DNA of 64,000 nt from Bdellovibrionota bacterium (GTDB lineage: Bacteria; Bdellovibrionota; UBA1018; UBA923): positions 5,777 to 69,776 of the forward strand of contig JBFMCE010000002.1 in the NCBI GenBank assembly GCA_040754655.1. Reading direction: 5' to 3'. Below, piece after piece: positions 1-9,439 of this stretch. The position numbers and the translations under genes are program-made. The notes under the pieces are model-generated. The model did not search any database and was not told where the DNA came from. It worked only from the letters and a program-made list of their open reading frames with translations. Positions within the stretch are counted from its first letter, which is position 1, and every line of letters begins with the position of its first letter.

Positions 1-1430
1 TACCCGCTGTAAGTGTTCGCAAGACCACCGATAACGACGTGATCCACTCCCGCGCCTCGCAGAGCATCGGCGACAGTCTTACGAAGCCTGCGTCCTGCCA
101 TCGTGGTCACTTCACCAGGTACGCCAATCAAGGCCAGGCGCCCGATGCGAAAAACCTGAAAAGGCAAAACCTCAGCCGACCATGCGGGATTTTGATCACC
201 CGGCGCAACCAGAATAGGCTTAGGAAAGTGGCAACGTTCATCTTGCTCATCTCCTCCCACGAACAAACGCAGAAACTCGACTCCTAGGTTTAGGAATATT
301 GGTAGCGGAAGCTTTTGGCCTTGCAGCATGCCCTCGTGAAAACCAGGCAGTTCGCTCGGACCGTCTTCCGCTCCGGCCGCAAACGAATACCCCATCGCGG
401 CACGGCACAAGCGTGCAGGTCCCGCAGCGGAAAAGCGCCGTTCGACCAGAAAACCCGGCATCCTCACCCATGCATGCGCGTATTGCAGCGGTCCCTGCAA
501 TGGCTCTAAATCGCTAGAAGAAAGCGCCCTTGCCTTCGCGTACTGCAACTCGCCGATATACGAAGCGCGAAAAAGCTCTTCTTCAAAACCTTGGGCATTT
601 TGCCCAAAAACATTCGGAGAGACATCTCCTTCGTCGCTATTGGCAAAAGCAGCGACAACGCCCGGAGTTTCTTTCTCGAACCTTTGGGCCGCAAAACCTT
701 TGTGGTCTGAGCTGATCAATTTATTTTCTTTACCCATCGAAGTATTGTGCACTGCGAACCAGTTCACCACTCCAACCAAGCTTCCATCAAGTTTCTCAAA
801 CTTTAAAAGCGTCATGAGTTTGTTGGTGGAGCCCTCTGAAAAACCACTTTCAGGATTGGCACGGTAAGCCGAAAGAGAGCGATTGACGCTTGCACCTTCC
901 AACTCGCCTTGAGTCAGACCGAGACGCACAGGCTGCAGGCGATGATGGGCGCTTTCAATCGAATGAGAGATTCCGGAGACGATCTTTTCAAAGTTCGCAC
1001 GGTCAAACCCAAGCGTGGTGATGTTGTAAAGAGTGAAGTGCGAATACCCGCCAGGGCCTGAGTGCGTGTGGGTTGCCGTCAGCATGACATTTGAGTCGGT
1101 GTACATCGAACCAAAGCGGGATTTTAGTCGATCAATGACGGCAAGCTTTACGGCCTGAGTGATCATGCCAAGATCGGCGCTTACGAAAACCACGCGCCTT
1201 GAGGAACAAGAGTCTTCAATGACAAAGGCTCTTGAACTCAGTCGCAAGTGGATGCCCGTAGTTTTTTGTGCTGGGTTCGCGTACCCCATCATGCCGAGCT
1301 CGGCTGCCGGACCCGTCAAGTCTGAGCGCCCAGCACCGGCGTTGAAGCCGCATGGGTTTTGGGCGAAAGCATGCTGTGCGACGAAAACCAAAGGTGAGCC
1401 CACGACCAGGAAAAAAATAACCCGCACCAT
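1..1430 (-). CDS. Neutral/alkaline ceramidase (N-terminal ~476 aa; the gene runs off the window start, so the C-terminus is missing)
   Basis: Manual minus-strand translation from the ATG at 1430 gives MVRVIFFLVVGSPLVFVAQHAFAQNPCGF (sec signal) followed by GMMGYANPAQKTTGIHLRLSSRAFVIED...VFVSADLGMI...VMLTATHTHSGPGG. These are the conserved neutral-ceramidase N-domain motifs. The ORF is absent from the track because no stop falls inside the window. Confidence 0.8.
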   Translation of the reverse strand, partial: MVRVIFFLVVGSPLVFVAQHAFAQNPCGFNAGAGRSDLTGPAAELGMMGYANPAQKTTGIHLRLSSRAFVIEDSCSSRRVVFVSADLGMITQAVKLAVIDRLKSRFGSMYTDSNVMLTATHTHSGPGGYSHFTLYNITTLGFDRANFEKIVSGISHSIESAHHRLQPVRLGLTQGELEGASVNRSLSAYRANPESGFSEGSTNKLMTLLKFEKLDGSLVGVVNWFAVHNTSMGKENKLISSDHKGFAAQRFEKETPGVVAAFANSDEGDVSPNVFGQNAQGFEEELFRASYIGELQYAKARALSSSDLEPLQGPLQYAHAWVRMPGFLVERRFSAAGPARLCRAAMGYSFAAGAEDGPSELPGFHEGMLQGQKLPLPIFLNLGVEFLRLFVGGDEQDERCHFPKPILVAPGDQNPAWSAEVLPFQVFRIGRLALIGVPGEVTTMAGRRLRKTVADALRGAGVDHVVIGGLANTYSG

Positions 1431-1625
1431 GGCCAAAGACGCGGGGATTGAAAAAACCAAGTGCATCTTAAGTAACGTTTCGGCATAAACCCGACGAAGC
1501 TTTACCGTTTCAAAACGGCTCTAGAGGCCGATTTACAGGCGAAAATCACCTCTCGCCAAAGATGCGAGTCCACCCGTGATTTGGCTTCCGAAACCACGCC
1601 ACAGGGTGTTATAGCTTGGGCCATC

Positions 1626-2894
1626 ATGCCAAAGGTTCAACGCACCAACGCACAAGAGCTGCTCTCATTCATGTCAGAATATGGCAGGGCTTATTTGCAA
1701 AGCGGTGGCCCGACCTCGCGCCTCGAAGAAGCGCTCTCATCACTGGGACGCAAGTTTGACCATCCGTCTGAGGTCTTCGCGACGCCGACCGGAATCTTCA
1801 CAAGTTGCATCGACGAAACGGGGCACACCCACACAAGCCTTTCGCGAATCAAGGAGACTGGCATGAACCTTGGCAGGTTATGCTGGCTTGAGAATATTTT
1901 TGAAGATGTCTATTCGCGAAAAATCACCATCGCTCAGGCAAACAAGATCTTGAACAGCAAGGTCGTGCAGAAGTCGCCCTACCCCTTCTGGCAAAATGTT
2001 CTCGCAGCTTTGGTGCTTGGTTTCTCATTGAGCTTTTCGGCCTTTCAAAGCTTTACTGCCGCGGTAGCAAGCGGTCTGATTTCAATGGCGACGTGGTGGA
2101 TCAGTGGCCCTGGCCTGAAGTCTCAGATCTCAAGTTCAATCTTTCGAGACTTCGTCGGGTGCACCGTGACGCTGGGCCTTGCGGCTCTCTTTCAAATGCT
2201 GAGACCAGCCCCCTTTGAAGCGTATACGATCGGCGGCATCATCGTTCTAGTGCCAGGGCTTGCACTCACGACAGCGATCGCAGAGCTTGCCGATCAAAAC
2301 CTGGTCTCAGGCACGGCGAAACTCATGCAAGCAATCCTCACGCTTCTTGCCCTAGGGCTTGCCTACATGCTCTTTCAAGAACTCTCGGCTTCGATGGGTC
2401 TAATGCCAGCCCCTTCTTCTGGTCCAAGACCCGTCTCAATTTTGGCAGGCATGGCAGGCGTGCTGGTCGCGGTGACGTGTTTTGGGGTTCTTTTCAAGGT
2501 TCCGATGAAATCGTTGCCTTGGGCAGCGCTCACCGGAGTGCTGGGATGGCTTGTCTTGCGCTCGTTTTCGGCCACGCCTTATTACGTATCGGCTTCCTAC
2601 CTCGCATCTTTCACCGTTGGCACGGTCAGCCTGTGGATCGCGAACCGTTATAAAGTTCCCAGCCAATTGTTCTCGGTTCCCGGCATCTTGGCGATGCTTC
2701 CCGGAATGCTTGCTCTGAACTCGATGCGATCCTTCGCCTTAGGCCATGACGCCAGTGGATTAGACCTTGGCGTTCGCGTCATTCTCACCGCAGGAAGCAT
2801 CGTGTTTGGACTCTTCACGGCACGCATCCCGTTTGCGCTGCAATTCAATCCGTTCAAGCGGATGTTCCGTGCGGCGCAAGGCTCGAATGAGTGA
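1626..2894 (+). CDS. ThrE-family (threonine/serine exporter-like, YjjP/YjjB-type fused) inner-membrane protein
   Basis: 437-aa track ORF. The N-terminal soluble region (ELLSFMSEYGRAYLQSGGPTSRLEEAL) matches the ThrE N-domain pattern and is followed by about 10 TM helices. The track start at 1581 is TTG, and the first ATG at 1626 (MPKVQRT) is preferred. Confidence 0.6.
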   Translation: MPKVQRTNAQELLSFMSEYGRAYLQSGGPTSRLEEALSSLGRKFDHPSEVFATPTGIFTSCIDETGHTHTSLSRIKETGMNLGRLCWLENIFEDVYSRKITIAQANKILNSKVVQKSPYPFWQNVLAALVLGFSLSFSAFQSFTAAVASGLISMATWWISGPGLKSQISSSIFRDFVGCTVTLGLAALFQMLRPAPFEAYTIGGIIVLVPGLALTTAIAELADQNLVSGTAKLMQAILTLLALGLAYMLFQELSASMGLMPAPSSGPRPVSILAGMAGVLVAVTCFGVLFKVPMKSLPWAALTGVLGWLVLRSFSATPYYVSASYLASFTVGTVSLWIANRYKVPSQLFSVPGILAMLPGMLALNSMRSFALGHDASGLDLGVRVILTAGSIVFGLFTARIPFALQFNPFKRMFRAAQGSNE

Positions 2895-3615
2895 CGATGC
2901 CCTCTTTATTCAAAGTGTAGATATTAAAGACGTGACGGATCACGTGTTGCGCGACGTTTCGAACTGGCACGCCCCCAGGCGTTTCACCTCGTTCAACCCC
3001 GCGATGGGCATGGCCGTGAAAGACGATGTCGGCTCCGACCGCATCGATCGCTTCCCCGAGCAGGTAACTTCCTAGAAACGGATAGATCTCTCGTTTCTCG
3101 CCGTGAAGGGTGTCTTCAATGGGCGAATAGTGCATCAACACGATTTTATAGTCGGTATTCAACGCCTCGAGATGCTCACGCAAAACTTTGGCGTGCCCTT
3201 TGGTGTGCCGAATGAATGCCTTCATTTCAGGCTCGCCAAAATCGCTGCCAGACGCGCCTACAAATCCACCGCCAAACCCTTTTAAGCCCACGATCCCGAC
3301 AGTGCAGCCCTGCAGCGAGAGTTGAAGATTCTCTTTCTCAAGCACATGCACTCCGGCGTTTTTAAGCGACTCGCAAATATAGCTTTCGTGATCAAGATGA
3401 TAATCATGATTGCCCAACACGGCAACGACTGGAATCGGGCAGTCATAGAGGTCTGAGGCGAGAACCTCGCCTTCGGCGGAGTGGCCTGTTTGAGTAAGAT
3501 CACCTGCAAGCAACAGCACATCCGCTCGGCCTTCGAGCAACTTTAGATACTTGCGAAGCCTGCCGGCAGAGTTCCGGTCAAAGTGAACATCTCCTGCGGC
3601 AGCGATTCGTATCAC
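2854..3615 (-). CDS. Calcineurin-like metallophosphoesterase
   Basis: Metallophosphoesterase motifs GDVHFD, LLAGDL, LGNHD and GHAH are present. It uses a GTG start that overlaps the upstream gene's stop as GTGA. Confidence 0.8.
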   Translation of the reverse strand: MIRIAAAGDVHFDRNSAGRLRKYLKLLEGRADVLLLAGDLTQTGHSAEGEVLASDLYDCPIPVVAVLGNHDYHLDHESYICESLKNAGVHVLEKENLQLSLQGCTVGIVGLKGFGGGFVGASGSDFGEPEMKAFIRHTKGHAKVLREHLEALNTDYKIVLMHYSPIEDTLHGEKREIYPFLGSYLLGEAIDAVGADIVFHGHAHRGVERGETPGGVPVRNVAQHVIRHVFNIYTLNKEGIVTHSSLAPHGTSA

Positions 3616-4619
3616 GCAACGTCCTCCTCCCCTTCCGGAGCAGAAAGTTTTGAGATCGTAACCTTGTTGTCAATCTCGTACTGAGGCGCATTTTCATGCA
3701 CCACTTCTTCTATGGCACGGCGCTGCTCTTCAGTTTGGGCCTCACCGCGAATAAGCAGATGATTTCCTTCAACCATGATCTTGAGGTCTTGCTGCCCGGT
3801 TCTCGCATCTTGAGTCAGGGCGTCTTTCACCTTGCCGACTACATAAGTCGTGGGTTGTTTGCGAGAAGCATGTTGCTCCGTATTTATGCGCGCAGGTTGA
3901 GGCTCGGGCGCCGCTTTGACCTGAGTATCTTTGGATGAGATGCTCGTAGGACCAAAACTTGTGGAAGAGCTGAAGGTCGAGTCGCCAAAGATCGTCTTGA
4001 ACAGTTCAAAAATAATCTTATTTGGCACCCAGATGTCGTTCGACTGCGCATAAAACAAAAGCGCAAGCAAACGGCGGGGCGCCCTTCTGGCTCGTTTCAA
4101 GAGATAATCCCAATCCAGTGTCGCGTGAGAGAGAATGGCCAAAGCGTCGTGCCAATGGTGAGGGCCAATTTCATCATGCACGGCGCATTTGATGATGATC
4201 AAATCTTCAGGGCTCACGGTGCGCACTTCACGTCCGTGATACTCAACCGGACGCGCCCGTTGATGCATCTCCGTATCGAAGTAAATGTCTCCGCGCGATC
4301 TGAAGATGATATCGACCAAGATTTCTTCCCGAAACCCTTTGAAGAGCCAGTTGAAATCTGTTTTTTCGGTGCGAAAACCCTTCTTTTCCAGCGCCTCTAA
4401 CGCTGCACCGGCATCTTCGGGCCTCACAAAAATATCAATATCATGAGTTGAACGAGGACGACCAAGTCCGCTAGAAGCGACCCCACCAATAAGAGCGTAA
4501 CCGATTTTCCTTTCCTCAAGGGAGTCGAGCGCGGCAAAGAGCGTTCGATTGAATCTCTCCCCGACTTCAGTGTTGCGTGCGCTTTGCAATAAAGACGGAT
4601 CGGCCTTGGCTGTCTGCAT
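3612..4619 (-). CDS. Pol-beta-superfamily minimal nucleotidyltransferase fused to a C-terminal BON domain
   Basis: NTase motif IGYALIGGVASSGLGRPRSTHDIDIFV. The C-terminus (KIMVEGNHLLIRGEAQTEEQRRAIEEVV) is BON-like. A strong SD (AAGGGGGG) lies 7 nt upstream of the ATG. Confidence 0.6.
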   Translation of the reverse strand: MQTAKADPSLLQSARNTEVGERFNRTLFAALDSLEERKIGYALIGGVASSGLGRPRSTHDIDIFVRPEDAGAALEALEKKGFRTEKTDFNWLFKGFREEILVDIIFRSRGDIYFDTEMHQRARPVEYHGREVRTVSPEDLIIIKCAVHDEIGPHHWHDALAILSHATLDWDYLLKRARRAPRRLLALLFYAQSNDIWVPNKIIFELFKTIFGDSTFSSSTSFGPTSISSKDTQVKAAPEPQPARINTEQHASRKQPTTYVVGKVKDALTQDARTGQQDLKIMVEGNHLLIRGEAQTEEQRRAIEEVVHENAPQYEIDNKVTISKLSAPEGEEDVA

Positions 4620-4811
4620 GAAATCCCCCCTTTGAACGCCAGATCAAGGCCTTGAATCAAGTTTCAGGCCAACTCCCGTCAATACACAGAAATCCCACTG
4701 TTCGACTGCTTAGGTTAAACGCGGCCCATAATTTGCTAAGGAATCAGCCTTTGAGGGTTAGTGGTGCCAGACCACTCGTAATGTCCCGTCAGTCCAATAA
4801 GGAGATAAACA

Positions 4812-5114
4812 ATGGCTAAGAAGAAAAGCTCGCGCTCAAAGAAGTCTTCACGTTCGCCTTTAGGATCGACTTTAAGCAAAGCTCGATCGAAAAAGAAAAG
4901 CCCACGCAGTCGTGAACACTTTTCTGAAATGGGGAAAAAAGGCGGCCGAACATCGCTCGGCGGTTCACGCCGTTCGGCAGCCAAGCCGTCGTCTTCGTCT
5001 TCATCTGCGCGTTCACGCAGCCGCACGCGTAAAATGGAGCCCACTCGTGAACTGCTTGCCGACATCAGCAAAATCGGCAAATCGATTCGCAAAAGAGTAA
5101 AACAAGCACTTTGA
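4812..5114 (+). CDS. Small highly basic KGG-motif stress-protein-like protein
   Basis: Near-perfect SD AAGGAGATAAACAATG. The sequence HFSEMGKKGGRTS resembles the KGG stress-protein repeat. The protein is Lys/Arg/Ser-rich and low-complexity. Confidence 0.6.
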   Translation: MAKKKSSRSKKSSRSPLGSTLSKARSKKKSPRSREHFSEMGKKGGRTSLGGSRRSAAKPSSSSSSARSRSRTRKMEPTRELLADISKIGKSIRKRVKQAL

Positions 5115-5194
5115 GAGTTTTTCGGGCGCCCCGGCAGCATTTGATTTTGCTCGGTGGCGCCCAGTGCAAATTGCCTGATGGAGGCGTTTGAAGC

Positions 5195-5590
5195 GTGGCA
5201 CAACAGAAGATGCTTTTGGTCGAAGATGAAGACGACTTGCGCACTCTTCTTGAAGAATACTTGAAAGACAATGGTTTGGATGTGATCTCATTCGGTTCGG
5301 CAGACAAAGCTCTGCCTTATTGGCGGCGGCATGCCGATGAAATTGATCTCATTCTTACTGACATGCGCATGCCCGGGAACATTGACGGAATTGGACTCGC
5401 CCAAGAAGTGCGGTCGCGCACGGGCCACCAACCAGCCATCGTCATGATCTCAGGATTTGAACCGCCTCCAGAAAGATTGTTGCAACAACTCTCGATTACC
5501 GAGTTTATTTCAAAACCCTTCCGAATCTCAGAGCTTTCCAAGCTCTGCCAGAAAAAGATCGATCAACAGAGCGCCGAAGGCTCGGCTTAA
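5195..5590 (+). CDS. Single-domain response regulator (CheY-like receiver)
   Basis: Receiver motifs LLVEDEDD, DLILTDMRMPG and FISKPF. The GTG start has GGAGG 9 nt upstream; an alternative ATG lies at 5210. Confidence 0.75.
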   Translation: MAQQKMLLVEDEDDLRTLLEEYLKDNGLDVISFGSADKALPYWRRHADEIDLILTDMRMPGNIDGIGLAQEVRSRTGHQPAIVMISGFEPPPERLLQQLSITEFISKPFRISELSKLCQKKIDQQSAEGSA

Positions 5591-5597
5591 GCTGAAA

Positions 5598-6143
5598 TCA
5601 CAGGAAGATCGGTTTGAAGTGCCGAGGCAGGTGGAAGTCTGGTTTTTCTTGCGCAGGCAGGAACAAACTCCAGTAAGACCGGGGCTTGCCCAGAATCGCG
5701 AAGGCGTTTCCTTGAAGATCCTCTTTGGCCCCTGTCCATCCCAACTTCTTTAGTGGAATGCCGAATTCCGCTTCCCAAGCCGTCTCACTCAAGACCTTTG
5801 AAGAATGGGTGAATCCCGAAGAAAAGTCTTTATTGAACTTCTTGCGCGGTTTGAAGATCTCAAGCTCAAAATACTGGCCCAAAGGGCTGATCTGGAACTC
5901 GTAGTACGTAGGCTGAGGAGAGGCGCGTAAAAACACCTCGACTACATCCCATTCCCAAAGCCCCCAGGCTGATGCACCCATTGGCAACTTTGAATTCGTA
6001 AAAGATGGGACGCCGTCCACCTTGAACTTTGCCTTTAAAAGCGCCGCCCTTGAATCGAGGTCAAATTCAACTTTGACTTGAGTTTTTTCAAGCCCTGAAC
6101 TCCCCGACTCAGAGTGTACAATCTTGAGACTCTGGATCGCCAT
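5598..6143 (-). CDS. Hypothetical protein (181 aa)
   Basis: This is the last gene of a co-directional minus-strand cluster. No confident family assignment. Confidence 0.4.
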   Translation of the reverse strand: MAIQSLKIVHSESGSSGLEKTQVKVEFDLDSRAALLKAKFKVDGVPSFTNSKLPMGASAWGLWEWDVVEVFLRASPQPTYYEFQISPLGQYFELEIFKPRKKFNKDFSSGFTHSSKVLSETAWEAEFGIPLKKLGWTGAKEDLQGNAFAILGKPRSYWSLFLPAQEKPDFHLPRHFKPIFL

Positions 6144-7134
6144 CGTCTAAAACCTGCACCTGAGGGACATTGCTCAATTTTGCTACGCCTTCACGCTCGA
6201 GCACCCCATCTCGATAACGGTCCATATCGCCCTGATACTGCTCACAGTTCCTATTCGCGCCCACTTTATTGCATGAGAGCCTAAACTTATAGACCTCGCC
6301 TGGCGCCGTCACGACCTCAAAACGCAACTCTCCCCCATTGGATTCATAACTGGTATTGTAAATGGTTCCCGTTTCTGGCGTGTGGCTGATCCCTTTGAGG
6401 GGCCAATCGATCAAATGGATGTCAAAGCGGCCGTCAGGATAAATGTTCAAGACCACTTTTTCAGGCTTGCCATCCATGTACTCGGTGTTTTCTTTGACCG
6501 CCCTCACGAAATCCGTCGATTCATCGCTGTTTTTAAGATTCTCTTGCTGTTTCTTAGACCAATTTCCATAGATCAGTTCACGTTCCTTGAGGAGTTGTTG
6601 GGCTTCGTCCGGGGCCTTCTTCAGCGTCTCTTGATACTCCGCAAGTTCAGTCTCTAGCTGCGTGGCCACTTCCCGTTCTTTTTCGTCTCGCGCCTCTGTC
6701 AAAGGCAGCTCACCCAGGCTTTTCATCACGGCCGCAAAGTTCTCAGCTGCAGACGCAAGATCCGCATCAACGGGTTCAAGAAGTTGCTTGAGCTTCTCGT
6801 CAATCTTTCCAAGCTTTCGGTCATAACAGCCTAGCAGCGCCGATATTCTTCCAGCTCGCGCATCGGCTTGATCGATGTCTTTCGCTTTTCTTCGAACGGT
6901 AGCGATCTGATTGGGATGGGGTTTTTCTTTCCACAAAAAGAACGAGTTCTTCGTAAACATCGCCTCGGTTCCGCCAGGCAGGCTTTCAAGCCTTGCAGGC
7001 TCGATGTTTTCTTTCGGCGCCTTGCGATTTTCGGCACGAAAACACCCGCTGCCCGCAAGAATCACCGCGAACAGCACAAGTACAAGTGGAGTATTTTTCG
7101 ACACGCCCTTTTTTTTCATGTCTTGCCTCACCAT
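6109..7134 (-). CDS. Lipoprotein with a coiled-coil region
   Basis: Signal peptide plus lipobox (VILAGSGC). The central region is charged and coiled-coil. Confidence 0.55.
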   Translation of the reverse strand: MVRQDMKKKGVSKNTPLVLVLFAVILAGSGCFRAENRKAPKENIEPARLESLPGGTEAMFTKNSFFLWKEKPHPNQIATVRRKAKDIDQADARAGRISALLGCYDRKLGKIDEKLKQLLEPVDADLASAAENFAAVMKSLGELPLTEARDEKEREVATQLETELAEYQETLKKAPDEAQQLLKERELIYGNWSKKQQENLKNSDESTDFVRAVKENTEYMDGKPEKVVLNIYPDGRFDIHLIDWPLKGISHTPETGTIYNTSYESNGGELRFEVVTAPGEVYKFRLSCNKVGANRNCEQYQGDMDRYRDGVLEREGVAKLSNVPQVQVLDDGDPESQDCTL

Positions 7135-7142
7135 TAAAGAAA

Positions 7143-8411
7143 TCAGAAAAACAACACGACTTCCACCGCGACAAAATCATTCTTCACAACGTTATATCCC
7201 GCAAAGGGTTTGCAATAAGCCAGATTGAGTTGAAACGGAACCGGCGTCTCTTTGGCTCGGTACATCTCGACCGTCGAAAAACCCAGGCCGAAGGTCGCGC
7301 TGTGCAGCATCTGGCGCGTATCTCGCGAAAGCAAGCTGTAGCGGTGAGGTTGAAACTTGCTTCCTCTATAAGAGGCCGGAGTCATGTATTGAAAACCGTA
7401 GGCCGCGCCAAAGTTCAATCCAAACGGAAGCTCATAGGTCAACGCAGCGCCTGAACTCACGCTATCACCCAGATCGCGGTCTACTCTTTCGACATCTCGA
7501 GAAAGAAGCTCAGTCTCAGACTCTGGGATGCGCCGGTCGATTTCATCTGGAAGCTGGGCCGTATAGCCCGCGTAAAGGTTTGCCCTAAAACGGTGAGGTT
7601 CATCGAGGAAACGGTCGTAAATCACCATCGCGCCGATGTCAGCTTGGCCGTCGCCCGTCGGAACATCAAGGGCTTTGTTCGCATTCGGCGGAGTTCCTGT
7701 AGGAAGAGTGAGTTCACTCTTGAAAGTGACGGCATCGTCCCTATTTTCAACTACGCGGTATTTGCCCACGACTTTCACATCGCCGATGTTTGAAATGCGC
7801 TCAGACTTGATGGGCTCGTAACCCAGTCGTTTGAGCTTCGTATTCACGGCATCGTTGAGTTTCTGGGCCGCTCGATTGCATTCAGCCGGGTCGGTTTCGC
7901 AAATGCTTTTCACAAAAGCCTCGCCCTGGGCGCTTTTGATGAGACCTGTATCCGCATTCACCTGCACATCAACCACGGGCACCGCCACCGCCATCGTGAG
8001 TTTTTCGGTAACCCCCATCGCAAAGACCGGAACCTTTACATTGGCGTAAGTGTTCACCACGCCGGTAGATGCTCCGGCCGCCTCGTCATTGCCAAAATTG
8101 AGGTCTCGAAGAACGCCTTCCACTTTCGCTTTCTTGAAGTCGTTCTCTTGGCCGTCGATCACGTCTTGCCAGGTGATCGTTTTATTGAGTTTGCCGCCAA
8201 GCGGTTCGATGCCGCCTGTGTCGCCATATTTTTCATCCATGAACAAGATCAGGTCTTTGAACCGGGGATTGCGCACCCCTTTGGGAAGCACCGCCGTGGT
8301 TTCAAAGTCAAAAGGGGCTCTGAGATCCGCTGCGGATGCAGAATCAAGAGAGGTGCCTGGCAGCGCCAAGCTTCCGATCGCTAGAATAAAGGTCATCACT
8401 ACGACTTGCAT
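7143..8411 (-). CDS. Putative outer-membrane beta-barrel protein
   Basis: N-terminal signal peptide (ILAIGSLALPGTSLDSASA). C-terminal alternating beta-strands end in ...VVLFF, the terminal-Phe OMP signature. Confidence 0.55.
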   Translation of the reverse strand: MQVVVMTFILAIGSLALPGTSLDSASAADLRAPFDFETTAVLPKGVRNPRFKDLILFMDEKYGDTGGIEPLGGKLNKTITWQDVIDGQENDFKKAKVEGVLRDLNFGNDEAAGASTGVVNTYANVKVPVFAMGVTEKLTMAVAVPVVDVQVNADTGLIKSAQGEAFVKSICETDPAECNRAAQKLNDAVNTKLKRLGYEPIKSERISNIGDVKVVGKYRVVENRDDAVTFKSELTLPTGTPPNANKALDVPTGDGQADIGAMVIYDRFLDEPHRFRANLYAGYTAQLPDEIDRRIPESETELLSRDVERVDRDLGDSVSSGAALTYELPFGLNFGAAYGFQYMTPASYRGSKFQPHRYSLLSRDTRQMLHSATFGLGFSTVEMYRAKETPVPFQLNLAYCKPFAGYNVVKNDFVAVEVVLFF

Positions 8412-8452
8412 GGTACGACTCCGGACGGTATCGGGCGGTTACTGTTACGGGT

Positions 8453-9298
8453 CTAATTGCCCAGGCTTTTCCGAAAAATCTTGGCGTCGCGAATGTCCAT
8501 TCGCGTTTCGGGCACACGTTCCGGATTGTACGCCGCAGGATTGCCCTCAAAACGGATCAGTTCATCAAGCACTTGTTTTGCTTTCTCTTTCTGACCTCGA
8601 TCCACGAGAACTGTTGAGTAGTAAATGACGTTAAGGGAATTGGGATATTGTTTCTTCTTTGGATCAGCATTGCAATTCTCGTAGGCCTTTCCAAGCAGAT
8701 CAAGGGCAGCGGCCTTATTGCCATCGTGGGTGATCGGAAGTTTGAAATACATCCAACCCAATGTTCTTGCGGGCCCCCAACAATCGATCTCGCGGCCTAC
8801 GACCGTCTTGCCATCGATGATCGCTTTCTTTCGCATCGCCGTTTCTGCCGCGCGTTTCAAATCCGTGCGTTCCTCGAGAACGTTGTCTACACCCGCCGCC
8901 AGACCATAACGACCGTGGTTGATCGCCAGGTAATAATGCCCTTCAGCGCGGTTGGGCTCGACCTTCAAGGCTTCTTTTGCGGCGTTCATGCCACGTTCGT
9001 GCACAGCCATCTTGGGCCTGTTTGGAGTTTCCGCCTCAGGAACAAGCATGCCTTCGTAATACAGGCAGCGTGATTCAAGGATGAAAGCCTCAAACTGCAC
9101 TTCTTTATCGCCGGCGTCTACCGCGGCATTGGCAGCACGCCTTGCCGTCGACACGCAGTTCCTGGTGGTCTCAACACCTCTTTCCCGGTCTAGAAACAAC
9201 TGCCAGGCCTGTTCATATAATTTTTTTTGCGGAGTATTGGCGAGAACGGTTGGCACAGTCACTAGAAATGTAACTATCGAAAATAGTACACGATTCAT
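8453..9298 (-). CDS. Secreted helical-repeat (TPR-like) protein
   Basis: The start is reassigned to the internal ATG (MNRVLFSIVTFLVTVPTVLA signal peptide), which has a strong SD (AGGGGGAG) 6-8 nt upstream. The track start at 9388 lacks an RBS. Confidence 0.55.
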   Translation of the reverse strand: MNRVLFSIVTFLVTVPTVLANTPQKKLYEQAWQLFLDRERGVETTRNCVSTARRAANAAVDAGDKEVQFEAFILESRCLYYEGMLVPEAETPNRPKMAVHERGMNAAKEALKVEPNRAEGHYYLAINHGRYGLAAGVDNVLEERTDLKRAAETAMRKKAIIDGKTVVGREIDCWGPARTLGWMYFKLPITHDGNKAAALDLLGKAYENCNADPKKKQYPNSLNVIYYSTVLVDRGQKEKAKQVLDELIRFEGNPAAYNPERVPETRMDIRDAKIFRKSLGN

Positions 9299-9439
9299 TG
9301 CTCCCCCTTGCTTATTAAAGCCCCTTGCCTGCAAAGCTGCGGCTCTTTTATGTGGAGCGTTAGAAGGTGGCAATACGCACCGCGTCATGGCTTTTACAAT
9401 GACGTCTTTTTAAAGACCGTTCACTTAAATAAATTAAAT

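Noticed and set aside
1159-1488. 109-aa + ORF
   Set aside because: Lies antisense within the ceramidase gene, which the track does not list because it runs off the window.
4736-5203. 155-aa minus-strand ORF overlapping the KGG protein gene
   Set aside because: The + strand gene has a near-perfect SD and a recognisable motif. The minus ORF is low-complexity.
8050-8628. 192-aa + strand ORF
   Set aside because: Antisense to the OMP and TPR genes. Pro/Ser-rich and low complexity.
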